Shown one piece after another: positions 38,501 through 45,723 of a DNA stretch of 56,849 nucleotides. Origin of the DNA: an uncultured Pelolinea sp. (GTDB lineage Bacteria > Chloroflexota > Anaerolineae > Anaerolineales > Anaerolineaceae); assembly GCA_964386805.1 (NCBI GenBank), contig CAYLUJ010000001.1, forward strand, positions 1-56,849, in the 5' to 3' direction. A program made the translations under genes and the position numbers. The stretch's first letter is position 1, and each line of letters starts with the position of its first letter. Under the pieces are notes generated by a model that saw only the letters and a list, made by a program, of their open reading frames with translations, was not told where the DNA came from and did no database searches.

Positions 38501-39527
38501 AGATATCATTCCCCGCTAGCGAGATTGTGCTGTCAGTTCCATCGAATGCAATAATTTTTAACTGTCTGGCTATTCCTGATGGGATAGTTTCCACCCATTT
38601 TTCTTGGGGTTTTCGTTCAGCATCCAGGATTGGTATCTTGGTAAGCAGCGATTCAACCTCAAGTAACATTTCATGCGTGATGATTTTCAGATCCAAAAGT
38701 GCTGCGATAAGATCGGTGCGATATTGGCTACTGTAAATGTTTGCCCTCTGTAAATCAGACCTATCGAGTGAAAAACGCTCTTGAAAAATCGTAACCTTAT
38801 CTTCATTTGTGATTTGATGCGGTTTTTCACCCTCAAGGTAGATTGTGCGGAAAATCTTTCTCCATTGTTTTTCAGCGCACAACACTGGCTGTATATCAAA
38901 TGAAAAAAATGATTGAAGACTTGAAATATCATCGGGTAATGCGGAAGCGTTGCAACCCAGATATAGCCGATTTCCAATCCACCACAAGGGAATTACTTGA
39001 TGTCTTTCTGCTTCTTTTAATGGAATGAGCGTAGCCAGAACTTTTTCAATGACAACCATATTGAGATCAATATGGGGAATCTGATGTTGAACACCCAAGA
39101 TTTCAAGATGGATGTTCTCTTCTGAATTTAAATTCTGCAAACTTCGTTGCTCTTCTTCTGCAGACTGCTGCTCTCCACTCAACTCCGCTATTGCTTTTTC
39201 CCCGCTGTGTAATACATCTTGGATTGTTGATGCATTTACCTTCGGAAGGATGAATTTTTTACTTTCGTATAATTGGTTTTGGAAAGTTTGAATTTGCGCA
39301 TATGTTAATAAATATGGCAATACAGGTTTTTTAATGAATCTTTCGATTTCTTCTGTTTTGTCAAAGTTGATCTCCGCAGTGCCAATACAGTAATTATCAT
39401 TTTCCGTCCACAAAGGAACCACATCGAATTTTCTTGAAATATCCTCTGGAATTCCCGGATATGCATTCGTTGGTTTAAATTGTGTCGAAAGCTGTTGATA
39501 AAACCTGTTTTTAATACTCATCATCAA
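35565..39527 (-). CDS. Giant (1320-aa) processive family-2 glycosyltransferase with an N-terminal array of GspE-N/MshEN-type domains
   Basis: GT2 core is aa ~933-1165: LIPVFNE, DAED (1024-1027), TED (1117-1119), QRSRW (1154-1158), flanked by TM segments. Aa 1-850 carry about six repeats of the T2SS-E N-terminal pattern (hydrophobic-PL...hydrophobic stretch-DP...), two of which have full bipartite MshEN motifs. No ATPase Walker motifs. Confidence 0.85.
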   Translation of the reverse strand: MMMSIKNRFYQQLSTQFKPTNAYPGIPEDISRKFDVVPLWTENDNYCIGTAEINFDKTEEIERFIKKPVLPYLLTYAQIQTFQNQLYESKKFILPKVNASTIQDVLHSGEKAIAELSGEQQSAEEEQRSLQNLNSEENIHLEILGVQHQIPHIDLNMVVIEKVLATLIPLKEAERHQVIPLWWIGNRLYLGCNASALPDDISSLQSFFSFDIQPVLCAEKQWRKIFRTIYLEGEKPHQITNEDKVTIFQERFSLDRSDLQRANIYSSQYRTDLIAALLDLKIITHEMLLEVESLLTKIPILDAERKPQEKWVETIPSGIARQLKIIAFDGTDSTISLAGNDISQEKVKLVQALTHKRVKPYLIDRQKLQIWMDMFYPFENPKIAASRFVSLKETLLTLGLISVEQLQEVVGTDDIEDQRLSELLLERGYLDDIDLAISRSIQTSLPFVSLEHANLQQELLNEFPKELAEKYQLLPLILKDDHVWIATSDPFNGKGFHELKKKLRMQVVPVITPKKVLRAIIEQSWGTERHEVSDEAHGYIQKLIHSDYLTQSQAYQMIQLMDAGALPFDRAFTQAGYYDARQANQILASVFSVPVYNINLIEEQAEQFDGLGNKITKTIYRDPVNLGVAGMIDLAAANRYCMLPVRRENQQIIMAFADPLHTQNLDFLKEHFPLPIQPVLVMRADLEDAIARTLGRKNIGTYLLENSYITRRQLNEALELSKKTGVRLGQALLIKQYIQEDQMYEVLAQQAKLRFIDLEKTSIQEDTARLIDSEIEREFGILPIKVTKTDLTLAIVDPFDEKGIEKAHEITGKKIHPVVTSEANLEKALEQIYHGDYTTISTSNLLTRSPRESAFHVLSTGQTIFFSALLVLSLVLMVLNFTSFAIIANELITIFYIGFSAYKFYLVYNAMNHDCEVPVSQAEMDALDPRDLPVYTLLIPVFNEAGVLPELMKSLTHLDYPSTKLDIKILLEAEDKETIQSFYDLKLPPHFRATIVPGSLPKTKPKACNYGLIHARGEYVVIFDAEDRPDPDQLKKAVVAFRKSSPNVVCIQAKLNYYNRRQNLLTQWFTSEYSMWFDLFLPGLDASDAPIPLGGTSNHFKRRALVEVGAWDPHNVTEDADLGMRLYKRGFHTRTIDSTTYEEANSRLNNWLRQRSRWIKGYIQTWLVHMRNPAELLKEVGFKGFISFQFVTGGTFFAALVNPILWTITTVWYLTKWAFIQETFPGFIFYLSSLSLYLGNFVFTYMNIAGAMRRRHYDNVRFALLSPIYWGLMSIGAWKGFLQLITKPHYWEKTIHGFSQGFGMELEKESESHVDGSHVQ

Positions 39528-39792
39528 TATTATTAGTATCTTCGTTTTTTAAATCTTCCAAATTATTTCCAATTTCATTTTTGACAGGGAGCGTATTCTT
39601 ATTTTTGCGTAAGGAAAATAAAATACTAATATCTGAAATAGCTAAAATAATCGAAAAAACTCCGATTAGAATAATCGGAATGGTAAAATATCCTATCCAC
39701 ATGCCGAGAAATAATGTCATCATTATTCCCAGAGTAACAAGAACGCGGAATATAACTACAGTCATTAACCATGTGCGATTTTTCAGGTTCAT
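39511..39792 (-). CDS. Small 2-TM membrane protein with acidic tail; first gene of the EPS operon
   Basis: 93-aa ORF whose 3' end overlaps the synthase start by 17 nt. No clear SD. Confidence 0.5.
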   Translation of the reverse strand: MNLKNRTWLMTVVIFRVLVTLGIMMTLFLGMWIGYFTIPIILIGVFSIILAISDISILFSLRKNKNTLPVKNEIGNNLEDLKNEDTNNIDDEY

Positions 39793-40136
39793 TTTTTAAT
39801 CTCGAATTCAGCAATCTCTAGGGTTTCCTTTTTTATAAATACTATGCCAATGACTAATTATCAAAACAATACTTATAAAAAAAGATTGGAATTGTTTTCC
39901 TTACTCCTTCTCTATAATTTATATGAACGGAACGGATTATTTTTTTGTTTTCAGAAGGAAATCATTCCATTTATTCCTTCTAATTATACATTTTTAGAAT
40001 AAAAATTGTATTTTCAAGTGAGCGCAATCCTGCTTTCTTTCAAGAGACAGTCGTATTGAATTTTGTTCATTTCGTTATAAAATGGCATGAGATTGGTCCA
40101 AGTTATGATACAGTTCGCTTTTTTTCTCCTCTTAAC

Positions 40137-40267
40137 AGAAAAAACCGGCCATAGACTGACCGGTTTCGCTATTGGCTCCCTAAAATTCGTTGAGGTAATG
40201 TCCTATGAATATTACAATACCCTCAAAGCGACCAATTAAGAATTTCTAGTTCGCAGCCTTCAATACT
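40137..40267 (-). ncRNA. Unclassified structured-RNA candidate, copy 2 (paralog of 30575-30697), ending in an intrinsic terminator
   Basis: Minus strand: AGTATTGA...TTGGTCGCTTTGAGGGTATTGT-loop-ACATTACCTC...AGGGAGCCAATAGCGAAACCGGTCA, then terminator AACCGGTCA-(4 nt)-TGGCCGGTT + TTTTTC. It must have its own promoter because the upstream gene is on the other strand. Confidence 0.5.
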
Positions 40268-40372
40268 ATACATACAGTGGCATACTTAGTATACAGAATA
40301 AAATAAAAATTACAAGATTAGGAAATAAACCAAGAAAGGGTACAATTATGTTCACAAAAAGGAGGTTTTAGC

Positions 40373-41245
40373 ATGTCCCTCACCCCTGCACAGAGAGATC
40401 GTATTCTCATTTTACAAAAAGAAGAACTGAACGGACATTATACCTATTTGAAATTGGCTAACGCAATCAAAGATGAGCATAATGCTCAGATATTGAACCG
40501 TATTGCCCAGGAAGAACTAAAACATTATCAGATCTGGAAGCACTACACAGAAGCCGAAACGATCCCCAAGAAACTGCGCATCCGATTTTACTACTGGTTA
40601 TCGAAGCTATTGGGATTGACATTTGGAATCAAATTAATGGAACTAGGTGAGGAAAAAGCTCAGGAACAGTATGCCAAATTGATTGATCTCATCCCCGAAG
40701 CCAAGATGATTCTAGCAGAAGAAGAAAAACACGAAGACGAGCTTTTAGAAATGCTGGATGAAGAAAGTCTGAAATATGCCGGTTCGGTTGTACTTGGCTT
40801 GAATGATGCTCTGGTTGAATTAACCGGTGCGCTAGCGGGATTAACCTTTGCTTTTCAAAATACCCAAGTGATTGCGCTTGCAGGTTTAATAACCGGCATT
40901 TCCGCTGCTTTTTCGATGGCTGCCTCCGAATATCTCTCTTCGAAATCAGAAGAGGGTGAAAAATCACCATTAAAATCAGCTATTTACACTGGTATTGCAT
41001 ATATCATCACTGTCACCATTCTTATTTTGCCCTACTTGATCGCAAAGAACTATTTGGTTAGTTTGGGATGGACGATCGCCAATGCAATTCTGGTAATCGC
41101 TATTTTTAATTTTTATATCTCTGTGGCAAAAGGCTTCAACTTTAAGAAACGCTTTTTTGAAATGTCGCTGATCAGTTTGGGAGTAGCCCTCTTTTCATTT
41201 GTGGTTGGCAATATTATTCGTAAAGTTTTCGGAATTAATGTCTAA
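40373..41245 (+). CDS. VIT1/CCC1-family Fe/Mn transporter with N-terminal ferritin-like domain
   Basis: N-terminal diiron-like EELKH / EEEKHEDEL helices, then a VIT core (GLNDALVELTGALAG...AASEYLS...) with 5 TM. SD AAAGGAGG. Confidence 0.85.
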   Translation: MSLTPAQRDRILILQKEELNGHYTYLKLANAIKDEHNAQILNRIAQEELKHYQIWKHYTEAETIPKKLRIRFYYWLSKLLGLTFGIKLMELGEEKAQEQYAKLIDLIPEAKMILAEEEKHEDELLEMLDEESLKYAGSVVLGLNDALVELTGALAGLTFAFQNTQVIALAGLITGISAAFSMAASEYLSSKSEEGEKSPLKSAIYTGIAYIITVTILILPYLIAKNYLVSLGWTIANAILVIAIFNFYISVAKGFNFKKRFFEMSLISLGVALFSFVVGNIIRKVFGINV

Positions 41246-41275
41246 TAAAATCATTAAGTAGAGAAAGGAATTTCA

Positions 41276-42208
41276 ATGGATCCCATTAATAAAAAACGAA
41301 TCATTATTTTTTTAGTCTGTGCTTTTTGCATTTCTTGGATTGCCGCTCTGGTGATCTACCTGACCGGTGGTTTAACCGACAGCCCTGTTGTTATTGAAAG
41401 CAGCGGAATTACATTAGCCTATATTCTGCTGGCAAGTGCTTATATGTGGGGGCCAGCCATCGCGAATATTCTAACGCGCGCTATCACCAAAGAAGGGAAC
41501 AATAACCTGCTACTGAAATTGGATTTTCGCGCTCATTGGCGCTATGTACTGGCAGCCTGGGTGGGAACACCTATTCTGGTACTGCTCGGTACCGGACTAT
41601 TTTTTGTGCTGTTTCCGAGTTACTTCGATACCGGTTTATCCTTCCTTTCCTCACAACTGGCAGCGGCTGGAGGTAATTCAAGCACCTCCTTTGTGTACCA
41701 ATTCCTTATTATGCAAATTGGATATGCCATTCTCGTCTCTCCCATCCTTAATATGATCAGCACTTTTGGGGAAGAATTTGGCTGGCGAGGATATCTGCTG
41801 CCCAAACTTCTACCGCTTGGAAAAAGACAAGCCATTCTTCTAACAGGGATAATTTGGGGTGTCTGGCACTGGCCAGTCATTGTTATGGGCTACAACTACG
41901 GTTTTGATTACCCTGGCTATCCATGGTTAGGACCACTTGCAATGGTCTGGTTTACCGTGCTTGTTGGAATTTTCATTGCATGGGTTTCAATGAAATCGGA
42001 AAGTGTTTGGCCGGCTGTTATCACGCATGGAGCGTTGAATGGTATCGCATCCATTGGAGTCTTATTCCTCGTAAAAAATCCACCAGCTTTATTAGGACCA
42101 TATCCTACTGGTGTAATTGGAGTTTTTCCTTTTTTAATTGTAGGAATCTTGATATTAATGCTTGCTTTTTCTAAAGAAAAACCGGAAACGGTTATTACTG
42201 CAAAATAA
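41276..42208 (+). CDS. CPBP-family intramembrane glutamic endopeptidase (CAAX protease/Abi family)
   Basis: Motifs GEEFGWRGYL, WGVWH and THGALNG in a polytopic protein. Confidence 0.85.
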   Translation: MDPINKKRIIIFLVCAFCISWIAALVIYLTGGLTDSPVVIESSGITLAYILLASAYMWGPAIANILTRAITKEGNNNLLLKLDFRAHWRYVLAAWVGTPILVLLGTGLFFVLFPSYFDTGLSFLSSQLAAAGGNSSTSFVYQFLIMQIGYAILVSPILNMISTFGEEFGWRGYLLPKLLPLGKRQAILLTGIIWGVWHWPVIVMGYNYGFDYPGYPWLGPLAMVWFTVLVGIFIAWVSMKSESVWPAVITHGALNGIASIGVLFLVKNPPALLGPYPTGVIGVFPFLIVGILILMLAFSKEKPETVITAK

Positions 42209-43031
42209 AAATATCTCTTAAAAATTGTGCTGGACCTTCTTCATTGTTTGAAGCTACCACGTAATTCGCAACTTTTTTCAATTCGGGAGTGGCATTCTCC
42301 AATGCCACTCCAATACCAGCAAATTGAATCATTTCAATATCGTTATTGCCGTCCCCAAATGCGATCAACGCTTCACGCGGTAATTTCAGGAAGTGAGTAA
42401 CTTCTTCCAGAGCCGATCCTTTACTAACTCCTTCTGGCTGCACTTCCAACAAGATCGGCAGTGAAAAGCAGGTTTCAATCCCATCGGGGATATTCGCTTC
42501 CAATATCCGACTCATTTCTACCAATTTATTGTATTCTTCATCGATGAAGACAATTTTAAGAATATGATCCAGGTTGGTTCCAATATCCTGCCATTGTGCT
42601 ACTTCCTTCGATTTAGGACCGCCATATCTATCCAAAGCATGCAAGAATTTTCCACCCTCTTTAACAATGGTATCGTTGGTCACATAAAGCATCATATCCA
42701 ACCCCTTAGCATCACCCAATTGAAGGATTTGCCGGGTGCGCTCCGGTTTTAGGTCTTTCTGAGATAATATTTCTCCATTTCGATACTGAATGAGACTGCC
42801 ATTAGCAAAGATGAGGGGATCGTCTAATTTCAGGCGATCAACAATATCACGAGTGGCAGCCAAGTTTTTACCAGTTGCTAAAATAATCTTGATGCCCCGT
42901 GCTTGCAACTTTCGCAGAGTATCTTCCGTCAGTGGAAGAAGCTGTTGTTCATCAGATAACAACGTGTGATCTACGTCAAAACAGACAAGCCGAATTTGAT
43001 CGATGGAATGGATCGTCAATTTTTTCCTCAC
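42195..43031 (-). CDS. Cof-type HAD-IIB phosphatase
   Basis: FDVDHTLL ... TGKN ... FGDGNNDIEM. Confidence 0.88.
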   Translation of the reverse strand: MRKKLTIHSIDQIRLVCFDVDHTLLSDEQQLLPLTEDTLRKLQARGIKIILATGKNLAATRDIVDRLKLDDPLIFANGSLIQYRNGEILSQKDLKPERTRQILQLGDAKGLDMMLYVTNDTIVKEGGKFLHALDRYGGPKSKEVAQWQDIGTNLDHILKIVFIDEEYNKLVEMSRILEANIPDGIETCFSLPILLEVQPEGVSKGSALEEVTHFLKLPREALIAFGDGNNDIEMIQFAGIGVALENATPELKKVANYVVASNNEEGPAQFLRDIFILQ

Positions 43032-43040
43032 AAACTAGAT

Positions 43041-44153
43041 TTATTGGGCGGTTGTCTCTGCCAGCATTATGGTAACGGTCATCACTTGGCTGCCGCGGTA
43101 GAATTCCACTTCAATTTCTTCTCCGGGTTGGCACATGAACAGTGCGTTAAGATAAGTAGTATCTTCGGTGACGCTGATATTGCCAAGGCGGGTAATAATA
43201 TCATTGATTCGCAAACCAGCTTCAGCCGCCGGGCTACCGGAAATCACTTCCGTAATATACCCGCCCCATTCAACCGGTAAATTATACCTCTTTGCAATGC
43301 TCGGATCGATATTCTGCACTCCCACCCCCAGGTAAGGACGGGCAAAATAGCCTTTCTCAATGATTTGATTACTAATAAGGGTAACCGTATCTGAAGGTAT
43401 CGCGAATCCCAATCCTTCAGCAGAAGTACTGGAGAGAGAACTGCCACGTACTACCACTGCATTTACACCAATCACCTCACCTGCAAGATTCACCAGTGGG
43501 CCACCCGAATTGCCGCTGTTGATTGCAGCATCAGTCTGGATCAGGTTTTCCATGTTGTATCCTTCACCCGTATCGAGAGTGCGTCCTGTAGCACTGACCA
43601 CTCCAACGGTAACGCTATTACGGAACGTGCCGAGTGGAGAACCAATGGCAATAACAGTCTCTCCCGGTTTTAAATCTTCCGAACTCCCCAAGGGAGCAAC
43701 TGCCGGCATGGTTCCCTCCACTTTCAATACAGCCAGGTCAGCATAGATATCGCGGCTCACTATCTCTGCTTCCAGTTCCGTTCCATCGCTTAAAATAACA
43801 TATAGATCACTGGTATCTTCTACAACATGATTGTTGGTAACAATATACCCGTCTGCTGAAATAATGAACCCACTTCCACTGACTTGTGAATCTGCAGTTC
43901 GACCAAAAAAAGTTTGTGTTCCAGGAACCGTACCTACTACTGTCACAACAGCAGGTTCAATCTCCTCAACAACTCTGGTAATAACCGTATCGATCTCAGA
44001 ACTGTTGATACTGATGGTTGTATTTACGATCGGAACCTCACTGGTGGCTATGGTAGGAGCGAGATTTATTTGCTCAGTTGCTTGAGCGTTTTGCCGTGAC
44101 CATACTCCCGCCGACATATGCCCCCAACAAGCCGCATGCAGCAGCCACGACAA
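43041..44153 (-). CDS. HtrA/DegP-family trypsin-like serine protease with PDZ domain (N-terminal anchor appears frameshifted)
   Basis: GSGFIISADGYIVTNNHVV ... DLAVLK ... GNSGGPLVN triad regions plus a C-terminal PDZ. The hydrophobic anchor ORF (44074-44193) lies in another frame. Confidence 0.85.
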   Translation of the reverse strand: MSWLLHAACWGHMSAGVWSRQNAQATEQINLAPTIATSEVPIVNTTISINSSEIDTVITRVVEEIEPAVVTVVGTVPGTQTFFGRTADSQVSGSGFIISADGYIVTNNHVVEDTSDLYVILSDGTELEAEIVSRDIYADLAVLKVEGTMPAVAPLGSSEDLKPGETVIAIGSPLGTFRNSVTVGVVSATGRTLDTGEGYNMENLIQTDAAINSGNSGGPLVNLAGEVIGVNAVVVRGSSLSSTSAEGLGFAIPSDTVTLISNQIIEKGYFARPYLGVGVQNIDPSIAKRYNLPVEWGGYITEVISGSPAAEAGLRINDIITRLGNISVTEDTTYLNALFMCQPGEEIEVEFYRGSQVMTVTIMLAETTAQ

Positions 44154-44330
44154 TGATTAAAAATATAATTCCTACACGGCTTGATGCATTCATTACGGGA
44201 CAGACCTTTCAAATCTAGGCTTTTCTTTTACAAAAAATATAAGTATCTTTCTTTACAGAAATCTATCATATCGTACTCTATTTAATTTTCTATAAGACTT
44301 TAGTATGATTTTCTTTATGAAATATATTAA

Positions 44331-44367
44331 CCCAATATCCCCTTGCAGAGAACAAGGGGATATTGGG
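44331..44367 (-). terminator. Strong stem-loop after the ATPase-trkA-trkA operon
   Basis: 15-bp perfect stem CCCAATATCCCCTTG-(7 nt)-CAAGGGGATATTGGG, 34 nt after the stop at 44401. The trailing sequence is A/T-rich but not a clean U-tract. Confidence 0.55.
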
Positions 44368-44400
44368 TCTACCCATCTGATTTATCTAGTGTCTCCATAA

Positions 44401-45063
44401 CTAGGAATTTAATATTTTCTCTAATTGATCTAATTGAGCTCCATGTACCAATACAATGAGTTCATCACCCGCTTTTAATTCCAAACTGCCATGAGGAATT
44501 AAAATATCATCTTTCCTCATTACAGCGAGGATGACGCTATCCCTCGGTAATTTTGCCTGTTCCAGAAGCACTCCAACCAAACTTGATTGAGGAGCTAATT
44601 TTTCTTCAATAATTGAGAACTTACCACGTCGAAGTTTTAACAAAGTCATCATATCGCCCATGGACATTTCTTCCAGTATAAGATGCACCATCAGATCCGC
44701 CTGGTTCAGAGCAACATCCACGCCCATATCTGTCGTAAACATCCAATCATTTTTAGGATTGTTAATTCGTGCGATCGTGCGAGGAACATTAAATTCAAAA
44801 CGAGAAAGGTTTGTCACCACCAGATTGGTCTCATCACTACCCGTTACCGCTGCGATAACCTGCATGGTGCGGATGCCAGCTGATTCGAGCACAACTGGAT
44901 CGGTACCATTACCCAGCACCACATGATCTGCACCCAATTCGCGTTGCAGTCTTTCAAGTTCTTCACGACGTTGCTCAATAACAGTGACCTCGTGGTTTCC
45001 ATCCAGAAGATGAGAAGCAAGATAGGTTCCTACTTTTCCACCACCAATGATCAATACTTTCAT
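44401..45063 (-). CDS. TrkA/KtrA-type RCK protein (TrkA-N plus TrkA-C)
   Basis: MKVLIIGGGKVGTYLA Rossmann GxGxxG plus a C-terminal TrkA-C domain. SD GGAGGA. Confidence 0.85.
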   Translation of the reverse strand: MKVLIIGGGKVGTYLASHLLDGNHEVTVIEQRREELERLQRELGADHVVLGNGTDPVVLESAGIRTMQVIAAVTGSDETNLVVTNLSRFEFNVPRTIARINNPKNDWMFTTDMGVDVALNQADLMVHLILEEMSMGDMMTLLKLRRGKFSIIEEKLAPQSSLVGVLLEQAKLPRDSVILAVMRKDDILIPHGSLELKAGDELIVLVHGAQLDQLEKILNS

Positions 45064-45078
45064 GGTTATTCCTCCAGC

Positions 45079-45723
45079 TTATTTCAACATTTCTTTGACG
45101 CGATCGGTCATGCTTGCCACTACAGCCAGATGAACCACATCGCCCATTTCAAGTTGTTGGTTCGGTGTAGCTATCATAGTTTTTCCATTTCTCGTCAAAG
45201 AGATCGGATGCGCAACATTCTGGATTTCAAGCTGCGCGATTTTCTTACCTTCAAATGAAGCAGTCATTTCTACTTCAGTAATGAGTACCTCTCCTGAGCC
45301 AATTGTCATTACTGTTTTTAGATGGGAAAAAGAAAGCATTTCAGAAATTCTCTCTCCTGCCATTGCGACCGGGGATATTGTGGGAATCCCCAACCGGCGA
45401 TAAATTTCCGCTTTGCGAGGATCATACACGCGCGCCACAACTTTCGGAACACGAAATACGAATTTCGCAATTCTGGCGGCTACCACATTGGCTTCATCAC
45501 TGGAGGTGACTGCGACCAATGCATCAGTCATATCGATGCCCGCCTGTGTGAGAATATCACGATCAAAACCAATTCCAACAATCTTGCTCCCATGGAAGGA
45601 TTTCCCCAGATGCTCAAAGGTCAATGCGTCTTTATCGATCACGATCACTTCATTGCCGCGCTGATCCATTTCTCGAGCAATATTGGAACCCAGCCTGCCA
45701 CAACCAATGATGATTACTTTCAC
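45079..45723 (-). CDS. TrkA/KtrA-type RCK protein (second copy)
   Basis: MKVIIIGCGRLGSNIA plus TrkA-C. GTG start overlaps the ATPase stop (GTGA), and SD AAGGAGGTG lies inside the ATPase 3' end. Confidence 0.85.
   Translation of the reverse strand: MKVIIIGCGRLGSNIAREMDQRGNEVIVIDKDALTFEHLGKSFHGSKIVGIGFDRDILTQAGIDMTDALVAVTSSDEANVVAARIAKFVFRVPKVVARVYDPRKAEIYRRLGIPTISPVAMAGERISEMLSFSHLKTVMTIGSGEVLITEVEMTASFEGKKIAQLEIQNVAHPISLTRNGKTMIATPNQQLEMGDVVHLAVVASMTDRVKEMLK

Noticed and set aside
35565-39527. The 1320-aa protein as a type II secretion / type IV pilus ATPase (GspE/PilB/MshE).
   Set aside because: Only the N-terminal-domain type repeats are present. There are no Walker A/B, Asp-box or His-box ATPase motifs. 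The C-terminal half is a membrane-embedded GT2.
30575-40267. The two RNA-like direct repeats as attL/attR or MITE ends marking the EPS operon as a mobile island.
   Set aside because: There is no integrase, transposase, tRNA target, terminal inverted repeat or target-site duplication. The repeats are diverged with a variable internal hairpin, and each carries a terminator. That fits RNA genes or leaders better than recombination sites.
40137-40267. Identity of the repeated element as a c-di-GMP riboswitch (GEMM-I/II), or as a Mn2+ yybP-ykoY riboswitch for the adjacent VIT1 gene.
   Set aside because: I could not find the conserved cores I remember for those classes. The terminator polarity puts the element on the strand opposite to the VIT1 gene. 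It stays unclassified rather than being assigned.
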